A stretch of DNA of 64,000 nucleotides from Oscillospiraceae bacterium. GTDB taxonomy: Bacteria > Bacillota > Clostridia > Oscillospirales > Oscillospiraceae. Positions 18,296 to 26,892 of the stretch are shown here, piece after piece. The translations under genes and the position numbers were made by a program. Each line of letters starts with the position of its first letter. Within the stretch, counting starts at the first letter, position 1. Under the pieces are notes generated by a model. It saw nothing but the letters and a program-made list of their open reading frames with translations. It was not told the DNA's origin and did no database searches. The stretch is from NCBI GenBank assembly GCA_020025655.1, contig JAHHRR010000001.1, forward strand, positions 4,951-68,950, read 5' to 3'.

Positions 18296-18328
18296 AATAA
18301 AAAAGCAGTGCTAAGCACTGCTTTTTTT
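18296..18328. terminator. Bidirectional terminator between the convergent degV-2 and gntR-family genes
   Basis: GCAGTGC-TAA-GCACTGC hairpin with a flanking A-run and T-run. Confidence 0.85.
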
Positions 18329-18330
18329 AT

Positions 18331-19065
18331 TTATTTGCCTCTTAAAAGGAGGAACGGATCAATACCGTCACCGGAAAGGCTTGTGAAGTTAAGACTTGTA
18401 GAAATATGCTCAGACATGGACTGTCGTGCAAGCTCAGGCATTCTCATGCGGATTGCCGAAGCAACTGAAATGTGATTGAATTTGACACTGGGCAGCCATG
18501 GATTGGACTGGCTGTTCTGACTTCCTACAAATTCCATCATTGAGGACTGGTACATAATAAGCTTTGGCAGAATGTGATCATAGGTCTGAATAATATATGG
18601 ATTACCGCAGTTATCAACAATCAGACGGTGGAACGGCATATCTGTATCCTTGAGTCCACGTATATCCTTACGTACTACACTGTCACGGAAAGACTCTGCC
18701 AGCATGGTAAGCTCATGAACAACACTTTCATCTGCGTTGTGCGCACATAGGGCAGCGGCCTCGCTTTCAATGGCATCACGAACCTGATAAAGACTGATCA
18801 TGTCGTGGAAGCTTAAATCAAGAACAAAACTGCCTGACTGACCGGGATGGCTGACAACAAAGCCGATTTCCGAAAGCTTCACTATGGCCTCAGCAACAGG
18901 GGTTCTGGAAATACCGAGAGATGAAGCAAGCTGGTTTACGTTGAGCTTGCTGCCGGGGGCAATCTTTAATCCTACAATTTCGTCGTATAAAAGCTCCATA
19001 ACAAGATCTCTAAGCTTGGCATCTGGCTTTGCATCCATATATCTTTTAAGTTCGTATCTGTCCAT
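18331..19065 (-). CDS. GntR family transcriptional regulator (FadR/FCD-type C-terminal domain)
   Basis: 244 aa. LNVNQLASSLGISRTPVAEAIVKLSEIGFV is a GntR winged-helix region, followed by a helical C-terminal domain. Confidence 0.85.
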   Translation of the reverse strand: MDRYELKRYMDAKPDAKLRDLVMELLYDEIVGLKIAPGSKLNVNQLASSLGISRTPVAEAIVKLSEIGFVVSHPGQSGSFVLDLSFHDMISLYQVRDAIESEAAALCAHNADESVVHELTMLAESFRDSVVRKDIRGLKDTDMPFHRLIVDNCGNPYIIQTYDHILPKLIMYQSSMMEFVGSQNSQSNPWLPSVKFNHISVASAIRMRMPELARQSMSEHISTSLNFTSLSGDGIDPFLLLRGK

Positions 19066-19220
19066 AAACTCACCGCCGAATAATATAGTTGTATATTAAA
19101 AAATACCAATCAAGTTAATAATACTATGACAAAAATGCAAAGTCAACGCAAAACTTTTTAATAAATCGACATTATGGAAAAATATGGATTATTAGTCTTA
19201 AAAAGGTTATTCAGTTCCTG

Positions 19221-20090
19221 TCACAGAACAAGAAAAGTAATAATACTTAGAATAATCAGGTGAACGGGATAGAAAGCATAAAAGAAGTATTTTGCAGAGG
19301 GGCCTTTGCGCCCGTTATAGAAAAATACAAGTACGGCACTGAGACAGGCAAAGAGACTGTACATTAAACCGGCGCCGGTGAAACCGTATTGGAGAAAGGC
19401 CCATACACACATATAGACGGCCTGAGGAAGTCTGCGGCTGTTTAAAAAATACAGACCGAGAATAAGTATCAGGGCAGAAATGCCGTAGTCTGCGCAGGGC
19501 TGTATTATAAGCACGGCTGCAAGAATTGCCGCAGCAGATAATACAAGCTGTAATGTGTTTAAGGCTTTTTCACGGAGCGTTTGTATAAAGTAAACTGCTG
19601 CAAGGCTGAGAGAAAGCGAGTAGAAAATGCTCATTTCTCCGTTGAGGAGACAGATACTTCCAAGATTGAGCCTGAAGCCCGGGAGCAGGATGAAAAGCAA
19701 AAGAACAAGCAGTTCCTTTATGCTTCGTGTTTTGCTGCACACAATGTATGCACAGAGCCATAAAACTCCCACTATCGCAAGAGCTGCTCCTGAAAAGGCA
19801 AATTCCGCAGGGCCTGCCGATGCACCGGCAGTGTGAGAAAAATATAAACTGAAAGGTATCTGGGAAATCAGTGCAAAGGACATAAGCCGGAAAAGATATT
19901 TCCTTTTGTCGGAACTGTAATTGAAGCCCTTTACCAGCAGAAAACTGTATATTGGGAAAGCTATACGTCCTATCCCACGTAAGAAAATATAGGTATAAAA
20001 TGAAACGGAAGCGGTCTGAAGCAGCAGAATACTGCCATGATCTATGAACATTGTTATAAGTGCAATGAGCTTTAATGCAAAGGTTGTCAA
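19221..20090 (-). CDS. TraX family membrane protein
   Basis: 289 aa. The N-terminus (FALKLIALITMFIDHGS) is typical of TraX, and the protein is polytopic. Confidence 0.8.
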   Translation of the reverse strand: MTTFALKLIALITMFIDHGSILLLQTASVSFYTYIFLRGIGRIAFPIYSFLLVKGFNYSSDKRKYLFRLMSFALISQIPFSLYFSHTAGASAGPAEFAFSGAALAIVGVLWLCAYIVCSKTRSIKELLVLLLFILLPGFRLNLGSICLLNGEMSIFYSLSLSLAAVYFIQTLREKALNTLQLVLSAAAILAAVLIIQPCADYGISALILILGLYFLNSRRLPQAVYMCVWAFLQYGFTGAGLMYSLFACLSAVLVFFYNGRKGPSAKYFFYAFYPVHLIILSIITFLVL

Positions 20091-20225
20091 ATCAATCCCA
20101 CCTTATGAGAAGTGCCTGCATTTTAGCATATTTCTGCGCATAAGTACATAAAAACTATGCGGTTGTTTAAAACTGCCGATAATGTTATAATACCGGCAGG
20201 TAATATGATTTTGGAGGATGGATAA

Positions 20226-21047
20226 ATGCCGGAACTTCTTTGCCCGGTGTGCGGGGAGAAACTCAGTGAAGAGGAGAAACGCTGGTTCTGCGAAAAAGGA
20301 CACAGCTTCGATAAAGCTTCAAGCGGATATGTGAATCTGCTTATATCTCACCAAAGCGGAAAAATTCACGGAGATGATAAGGCAATGGTAAGAGCCAGAC
20401 GGGATTTTCTGGACGGCGGTTACTATGAAGCCTTGAAAACGGAATTGTGCAAAACTGTTCTTGAAAACAGCTGCGGTGACAAGGTAAGTCTCCTTGATTC
20501 CGGCTGCGGAGAGTGTTATTACACCGCAGGTGTGGAAAAATATCTGAAAGAAAATAAAAAGCAGACAGATATTGTGGGAATTGATATTTCCAAGGATGCA
20601 CTGAAAATGGGAGACAGAAGGGGACAAAATCTCCATCTGGCAGTTGCCAGTGCATACAGAATTCCGGTATCAGATGCAAGCTGCGATGTTATACTCAATG
20701 TATTTGCACCTTTTGCGGGTGAGGAATATCTGCGCTGCCTTAAAAATAACGGCGTGCTTATTCACGTCTCTCCGGATGAGGGACATCTTTGGGAGCTTAA
20801 GCAGGCGGTATATGAAAAGCCGTATTTGAATGATGCTCTGCCGCCGGAGCAGGATGGACTGGTGCTCAGCGATGAAAAAAAGCTCAGGTACAGAATTGAT
20901 ATAAATAAAAACTCAGACATTAAGGCATTGTTTATGATGACACCCTATGCCCATAAAACAAGCCCTGAGGATATTGCAAGGCTTGACAGTCTTGAAAAGC
21001 TGAATGTGGCAGTTCAGTTTGTTATAAGAACGTATAAAAAGCTCTGA
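20226..21047 (+). CDS. rlmA: 23S rRNA (guanine-N1)-methyltransferase RlmA
   Basis: 273 aa. It has the N-terminal zinc ribbon CPVCGEKL...WFCEKGHSFD...GYVNLL and a SAM-binding motif LLDSGCGECYY. Confidence 0.85.
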   Translation: MPELLCPVCGEKLSEEEKRWFCEKGHSFDKASSGYVNLLISHQSGKIHGDDKAMVRARRDFLDGGYYEALKTELCKTVLENSCGDKVSLLDSGCGECYYTAGVEKYLKENKKQTDIVGIDISKDALKMGDRRGQNLHLAVASAYRIPVSDASCDVILNVFAPFAGEEYLRCLKNNGVLIHVSPDEGHLWELKQAVYEKPYLNDALPPEQDGLVLSDEKKLRYRIDINKNSDIKALFMMTPYAHKTSPEDIARLDSLEKLNVAVQFVIRTYKKL

Positions 21048-21100
21048 TGTGCAGTACCGACGGCGGCAAACTCCGCAGGGCAGAAAAATATAGAAATTGT

Positions 21101-21129
21101 AAAAGCCCGACGTAAACGTCGGGCTTTTC
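21101..21129 (+). terminator. Rho-independent terminator of rlmA
   Basis: AAAAGCCCGACG-TAAA-CGTCGGGCTTTT. Confidence 0.85.
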
Positions 21130-21468
21130 TGCATAAATTCAGTTTTCTGAAACCTCAGGCAGAAGCATGATGCGGAAAGCTTTGAATTTCCAAAAGCCTG
21201 ATTAGGGTGCTTATCATAAATTAGCATCATATGACCGCTGACTCGTACATCCCCAGGACTGACTTCACCTTCATTACAGGCTGGAATCAGGGGCTCGGCA
21301 TTGCTTTATGGTTTTGTCACCGATATCGCCGACAATGCGGATACCGATAACAGTGAAAAATAAAAAAAGCAGCCAGTCTGAAACTTCACTGTACGGGGCG
21401 TTTGAGTATTCCGCAGAAATTACTCAATACCTGACAGTGTAAAGTTAAATGACATGGCTACATTAGTT

Positions 21469-21554
21469 TGGTGCCGGTGACCGGACTCGAACCGGTACGG
21501 TATTGCTACCGAGGGATTTTAAGTCCCTTGTGTCTACCATTCCACCACACCGGC
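21469..21554 (-). tRNA. tRNA-Leu (anticodon UAA), CCA-encoded
   Basis: The reverse complement is GCCGGTGTGGTGGAATGGTAGACACAAGGGACTTAAAATCCCTCGGTAGCAATACCGTACCGGTTCGAGTCCGGTCACCGGCACCA. The 7-bp acceptor stem is GCCGGTG/CACCGGC. The anticodon stem AGGGA/TCCCT closes the loop CTTAAAA. It has a long variable arm and a TTCGAGT T-loop. Confidence 0.95.
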
Positions 21555-21573
21555 GGATTCATAAGCTTTTACT

Positions 21574-21602
21574 AATTTACCACTTGCTTGGGTTGCTGTC
21601 AA
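21574..21602 (-). promoter_or_regulatory. Sigma-A-type promoter for tRNA-Leu
   Basis: On the minus strand: TTGACA (21602-21597), a 17-nt spacer, then TAAATT (21579-21574). It ends about 20 nt upstream of the mature tRNA 5' end. Confidence 0.65.
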
Positions 21603-21632
21603 GCAAAAGCATATAAAAGTGCAAATAATCTT

Positions 21633-21665
21633 AAAAACCGCCTCTGTTTATACAGAGGCGGTTTT
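21633..21665. terminator. Bidirectional terminator downstream of the AcnX operon
   Basis: CCGCCTCTGT-TTAT-ACAGAGGCGG hairpin flanked by AAAAA and TTTT. Confidence 0.8.
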
Positions 21666-21683
21666 ACTTTTGCGATTGTGCGG

Positions 21684-22124
21684 TTATTCTACATTGACTA
21701 TGCCGTCATCGAGAACGGTTATTTTCATACCTGTTTTTACATAGTCGAGAAACTCGTCGCCAAGCTCGTCTATTACAGGCATATTGATGTCAGTCCAGAC
21801 ATCACCCAAAATTGCGCCTGATGCAGCCAGAGAATCTATCGGCATACTGAAAAGCATACAGGCCGGCTGCTTGTGCTGGGCGCAGGCGGTAAAAAGAACC
21901 ATTCCGCCGGTGGTGGAGCCTATTGTCTGCGGCAGACAAAGAGCCTTTCCCAGCATGGGCTTTTTGTAAATATCGGGATTGTTCTGGTCACCGCACTTAA
22001 CCTGCTTATCTCCGAACTGGAGTGCCATCTGGTAGCTTGCAAGTGTGTTAAATCCGCCGTGACTAACCAAAGCTTCGGCTTCACAGCGCCCCGGAACGAT
22101 TACACGTCCTTTGAACTGCTTCAT
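21684..22124 (-). CDS. Aconitase X swivel-domain protein (DUF126, AcnX small subunit)
   Basis: 146 aa. The N-terminus FKGRVIVPGRCEAEALVSHGGFNTLASY is typical of DUF126. It overlaps the upstream gene by 4 nt. Confidence 0.75.
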   Translation of the reverse strand: MKQFKGRVIVPGRCEAEALVSHGGFNTLASYQMALQFGDKQVKCGDQNNPDIYKKPMLGKALCLPQTIGSTTGGMVLFTACAQHKQPACMLFSMPIDSLAASGAILGDVWTDINMPVIDELGDEFLDYVKTGMKITVLDDGIVNVE

Positions 22125-23401
22125 TTTGAACCCTCCCTGCCGGTTATAATATCCAGAATATCGGCTTCCTTATAATATTTTGCACTTGTGTATGTGCGGA
22201 GCTTATTAGAAGAGGTTATAACATTCTTCTTTTTACACAGAGGATTGTTCATGTACATGAGCGGACAGATATAGCTTAAAATTACACCGCAGTCTTTAAG
22301 ACGCTGAGCATAGGGCGTGGCATTAAATTCCTTTATAACAGGAGGTGAAGAAGTAAAGACGGTGGGGACAACAACCTTTTTATTGCCCGTCTCTTTAAGA
22401 CCTTCCTCGACTGCCTCAGTCCAGTCAGTGAGCTGTTTAAGGCTCATGTGAGGACAGCCTATAAATGCAAGCTTAGGCTTGCCGTCGGGATTTTTCCAGA
22501 TACAGGGGTAGCTGTCCTGAACCCGCTTAAGCTCCGCATCGTCGATTACATACGTCTTTGCACCTTCAAGTATAAGACTTTCGCCTAGCTCTTTTGCCTC
22601 GGGGGTAAGATTTTCCACATGGTAAAGACCCACGGCACCGTTTGATGCGGTAGCGGCACCGAAATCCTTTAAGTATGTGCAGGCATCTTCATTAAGCTCA
22701 GTTCCAAGCCACTTGTCAAGGCCTTTTATGTAAGGAACCTCTTCCATGACCTTCATGCCGATTGCAGAGCCCAGAAGCTGCGCCTCAGGCTTATGCTCAC
22801 ATTTTACTTCGATGATCCAGCCGGCCTTTCTTCCCTCGTCGGTGAGAAAACCGAACTCAGGCACAAAGCCTGCAATGGAACCCATAAGCTCAATCATACC
22901 GGAATTTCTGTTGCAGCGGGCTCCCAGAACCGAGTTTGCATATACAACGGCAGAGGATTCAGCCCATGAAAGCACATCGCCCTTTTTAGGCTTGTTGCCC
23001 ATCTGGTCTACATAGCAGGTGCAGCTGAAATCATCATCGCTGCTCAGACCGAGTTTACGGCACTGCTCCTCATAGCGAGCCTGCTCAGTGTACATGAATT
23101 TGTTGAAAACCAGATTTTCAAGAAAGCTAGAGGGAACATTCTTATCCAGCGGCTTGGGGTCGGCGGAAAACTTCTGCTTTGAACACAGACCGGAATCTAT
23201 AAGCTGGTCGTACAGGTCATAGACAGGCTTCATGGCTTTAAGCCCGAAGCTTATGACGGTATGTCCCATATCACTTGTAACCGGAACCATGCGCTTTGCG
23301 CCGAAAGCTTCGCCGTACATGATAAGTGTTTTCATGACTTTGGCCATTACCTCGCCCTGAGAACCGTCAAGCATGGATTGCTGTTCAGGTGTAAGTAACA
23401 T
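22121..23401 (-). CDS. Aconitase X catalytic-domain protein (DUF521, AcnX large subunit)
   Basis: 426 aa. The start MLLTPEQQSMLDGSQGEVMAKVMKTLIMYGEAFGA is typical of DUF521, and there is a conserved Cys-containing GCPH region. Confidence 0.78.
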   Translation of the reverse strand: MLLTPEQQSMLDGSQGEVMAKVMKTLIMYGEAFGAKRMVPVTSDMGHTVISFGLKAMKPVYDLYDQLIDSGLCSKQKFSADPKPLDKNVPSSFLENLVFNKFMYTEQARYEEQCRKLGLSSDDDFSCTCYVDQMGNKPKKGDVLSWAESSAVVYANSVLGARCNRNSGMIELMGSIAGFVPEFGFLTDEGRKAGWIIEVKCEHKPEAQLLGSAIGMKVMEEVPYIKGLDKWLGTELNEDACTYLKDFGAATASNGAVGLYHVENLTPEAKELGESLILEGAKTYVIDDAELKRVQDSYPCIWKNPDGKPKLAFIGCPHMSLKQLTDWTEAVEEGLKETGNKKVVVPTVFTSSPPVIKEFNATPYAQRLKDCGVILSYICPLMYMNNPLCKKKNVITSSNKLRTYTSAKYYKEADILDIITGREGSK

Positions 23402-23545
23402 ATAATCACTTCTTTCTTAAAATATTTAAACTTTACTGTGACATTATTTTAACAGTCCCGAAAGTAAAAGTCAACACGGCTCAAATAAACAGCTTACAGA
23501 GCTTATAAACATATTATTAAAAATTCTTTAGAAGGGCTGAAAATG

Positions 23546-23573
23546 TTGAAATTCTAAAGAAATGTGCTATAAT
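23546..23573 (+). promoter_or_regulatory. Sigma-A-type promoter of htpG with an extended -10
   Basis: TTGAAA (23546-23551), a 16-nt spacer, then TGcTATAAT (23565-23573). Confidence 0.6.
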
Positions 23574-23610
23574 AACTTATTACGAACAAATATTTGGAGG
23601 TCTTTTGAAA

Positions 23611-25527
23611 ATGGGTAAAAAACAGTTCAAGGCCGAGTCCAAGCGACTGCTGGACCTGATGATTAACTCAATTTATACCAACAAGGAAATCTTCCTGAGA
23701 GAGATCATTTCCAACGCATCCGATGCGATAGACAAACTCTGCTATCTGTCCCTGACAGATGAAAATGTTGGTCTTTCCCGTTCCGACTATAAAATAGACA
23801 TAGCCGTCAATAAGGATAAGCGCACTATTACTGTTTCAGATAACGGCATAGGAATGAGCATGGAAGAGGCTGAGAATAACCTCGGCGTTATTGCAAAGAG
23901 CGGTTCTTATAAATTCAAGGGTGAAATGAAAGAAAACGAAACCGAGCCTGAGGATATTTCCATTATCGGTCAGTTCGGTGTCGGCTTCTATTCTGCATTT
24001 ATGGTAGCTGATGAGGTTACTGTTATTACTCGCAGATACGGCAGCGATGAGGCTGTTAAATGGCAGAGCAAGGGTGCTGACGGATATACTGTTACTCCCT
24101 GCGAAAAAGAGACTGTGGGTACAGATGTCATCATGCACATAAAGCCCGATACAGAAGAAGAGATTTACGGCTCATATCTTGAGACATGGAAGCTTAAAGC
24201 TCTTGTCAAAAAGTATTCCGACTATGTTCGCTGGCCTATCAAGATGGATATTGAGCATCAGGAACGCTTCGAGACCGGCGAAAAGGATGAAGAAGGCAAT
24301 CCCAAGTACGAATATAAGATGGTTTCTGAAAATCAGACCGTCAACAGCATGATTCCTATCTGGCAGCGCAGCAAGAATGAAGTTACCGATGATGACTGCA
24401 TTCAGTTCTACAAGGAAAAGAACAGAGACAGAAAAGATCCCTGCGCACTTGTACGTATAAATGCAGAAGGTGCAGTTTCTTATAAGGCAATGCTCTTTGT
24501 ACCCGGTGAGGAGAATGAAAACGCATTTACCGGCGACAATAAGGGCGGTATCACTCTGTACTCCAATAATGTAATGATTATGGAGCACTGCGATAAGCTT
24601 GTACATGAGTATTTTGAATTCGTCAAGGGCGTTGTTGATTCTCCTGACCTCAGCCTTAACATTTCAAGAGAAATTCTGCAGCATGACAGACAGCTTCAGA
24701 TTATCGGCCAGAACATCGAAAAGAGAATCAAGAATGAGCTTCTGAAGCTTATGAAGGAAGACAGACCCAAGTACGAGGAATTCTTCAAGAACTTCGGTCT
24801 GCACCTGAAGTGCGGTGTCTGCGACGAGTACGGCCGCTATAAGGACTTCCTGAAGGATCTGCTTATCTTCTACACTTCCGAGGATAAGATGGTTACTCTC
24901 AAGGAGTACACTGATAATATGCCTGAGAGCCAGAAGGTTATCTACTATGCAAGCGCAGACAGCCTCAAGCACGCAATCAGCCTGCCTCAGTGCGATGAGG
25001 TACGTTCCAGAGGCTATGAAATCCTGTATCTTACCATGCCTCTTGATGAGATGGTTCTGCAGGCAATCCGTGAGCAGGACGGAAAGCTCTTCTGCAATGT
25101 TGTAACCGATGACCTTGGCTTTGATACCGAAGAGGATAAGAAAGCCGCCGAGGAAAAGAATATCGAGAACAGAGAGCTTCTGGACTTCGTTAAAAACGCA
25201 GTTGGCGATGAGCTTAAGAGCGTTACCCTTTCCAGAAAGCTCACCAGAATGCCCTGCTGCCTTACAACCGAAGGCGGAATCACTCTGGAGATGGAGAAAT
25301 ACTTCCGCAACGGTCCCAGTGAGGAAATGCGCAAGATACGTGCAAACCGTGTTCTGGAGCTTAATCCCGAGCATAAGGCTTTTGCAGTCCTGAAGGATGC
25401 AGCTGAGAATGATAAAGAGAAGGCAGAAAAGCTTTCCAAGGTTCTCTATGCTCTTGCAGAGCTTATGGCAGGTATTGAAATCGAAGATCCCGCAGAGTTT
25501 ACCGACATGGTAAGCGAGCTCTTCTGA
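23611..25527 (+). CDS. htpG: Molecular chaperone HtpG (Hsp90)
   Basis: [39 protein letters not shown] is the canonical HtpG N-terminus. The protein is about 638 aa. I prefer the ATG at 23611 to the track TTG at 23605. Confidence 0.95.
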   Translation: [638 protein letters not shown]

Positions 25528-25556
25528 TTGAAAACAGTAAACTGATATCTTAAAAT

Positions 25557-25585
25557 CCGGTCAAAGGCCATTGACCTTTGACCGG
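25557..25585 (+). terminator. Stem-loop downstream of htpG; possible terminator with a weak U-tract
   Basis: CCGGTCAAAGG-CCATTGA-CCTTTGACCGG is a perfect 11-bp stem, but AAGTAAAAA follows rather than a T-run. Confidence 0.5.
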
Positions 25586-25618
25586 AAGTAAAAATTATTT
25601 AATTTCTGGAGAATATAC

Positions 25619-26881
25619 ATGAAAAAACGGCTGGGAATTTACATCCATATACCGTTCTGTGCCAGCAAGTGCAGCTATTGCGATTTCTATTCACTTGCAG
25701 GCTGCGAGAATCTTATGCCCGCATATCACGAGGCTCTTCTGGCTCATCTTGAAGAGTCCAGCGCCGCTATAAAAAACTATGAGGTAGATAGTGTTTATTT
25801 CGGCGGCGGTACACCCAGTTTCTATGGTGCAGACAGGATTGTTGAAATTTTTAATGCACTGAAACTTAACGGCAATGTACGTCTTGATGCGGAAGTAACT
25901 GTTGAATGCAACCCTGACAGCCTGAGCTATAATGCTTTGAAGCTCATGCGAATGGAGGGCATCAACCGTATTTCTATGGGCGTACAGGCTACGGACAATA
26001 ATCTTCTGAAGCTTATAGGCCGCAGGCACAATTATCAGCAGGCGGTAAAGGCATTTCAGGATGCAAGACGGGCTGGATTTGACAATATAAGCCTTGATCT
26101 TATGTACGGCCTCCCCAGCCAGACAAAGACCGATTGGGCAAATACCCTTTCAAAGGTTATGGAGCTTCACCCTGAGCATTTATCATGCTATGGCCTGAAG
26201 CTTGAAGAGGGAACACCGATGTATAAAAACTATCTGGGTTCTCCGATTCTGCCGGATGACGACGATCAGGCAGATATGTATTCTTATGCGGCTGAGCTAC
26301 TTAATCGCTATGGGTACAAGCAGTATGAAATTTCAAACTTCGCTCCGGCGGGATTTGAGTCCAGACATAATCTGAAATACTGGAATCTGGACGACTATAT
26401 GGGCTTCGGCCCCGGCGCACATTCCTGTGTAGGAAATCAGCGTTACAGCTATGTGAAAGATTTAAAACAGTACATTGCAGGTGTAAACCGTGATGTAAGC
26501 ATAATTGATGAATATCAGATAATATCACCGCTTGAAAGAGCGGTTGAGTATATAATGCTTGGAATGCGGACCACAAAGGGAATTTCCGAGAGAGATTACA
26601 GAGTTCGCTGCCAAAGCAACTGGAAGCCTATTGAAAATGTACTCAAAGCCTTTGCCGAGAAAGGCTGGGCAGAGAAAACAGAAGACAGATGGCATTTTAC
26701 AGTACCTGGATTTTTGATTTCTAACACCCTTATAGGTATAATGCTTGAAGCTCAGGCAGGTGAACGTGTTGAGGGTAATCCCTGGCTTGCACCTGCACTG
26801 GAAGCCGAGGAAAAAATCAGTATGCCTAAGGGAGAGGACGAGCTGTTTAAGGAATTATACAAGGACAAGATTGATAATTGA
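25619..26881 (+). CDS. hemW: Radical SAM heme chaperone HemW (HemN-like, coproporphyrinogen III oxidase family)
   Basis: 420 aa. LGIYIHIPFCASKCSYCDF carries the CxxxCxxC motif, and there are GGGTPS and HemN_C-like regions. Confidence 0.87.
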   Translation: MKKRLGIYIHIPFCASKCSYCDFYSLAGCENLMPAYHEALLAHLEESSAAIKNYEVDSVYFGGGTPSFYGADRIVEIFNALKLNGNVRLDAEVTVECNPDSLSYNALKLMRMEGINRISMGVQATDNNLLKLIGRRHNYQQAVKAFQDARRAGFDNISLDLMYGLPSQTKTDWANTLSKVMELHPEHLSCYGLKLEEGTPMYKNYLGSPILPDDDDQADMYSYAAELLNRYGYKQYEISNFAPAGFESRHNLKYWNLDDYMGFGPGAHSCVGNQRYSYVKDLKQYIAGVNRDVSIIDEYQIISPLERAVEYIMLGMRTTKGISERDYRVRCQSNWKPIENVLKAFAEKGWAEKTEDRWHFTVPGFLISNTLIGIMLEAQAGERVEGNPWLAPALEAEEKISMPKGEDELFKELYKDKIDN

Positions 26882-26892
26882 GGAATCATAAA

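Noticed and set aside
21231-21350. A 39-aa ORF (MTADSYIPRTDFTFITGWNQGLGIALWFCHRYRRQCGYR) in the rlmA/tRNA-Leu spacer.
   Set aside because: It has no convincing Shine-Dalgarno sequence and no recognisable family. It is kept only as part of the spacer observation.
23467-23485. A CtsR-like direct repeat (AGTCAAC-ACG-GCTCAAA) upstream of htpG.
   Set aside because: It matches only 6 of 7 positions in each heptad, the spacer does not fit NAN, and it lies about 60 nt upstream of the predicted -35 rather than overlapping the promoter. No CIRCE element was seen either.
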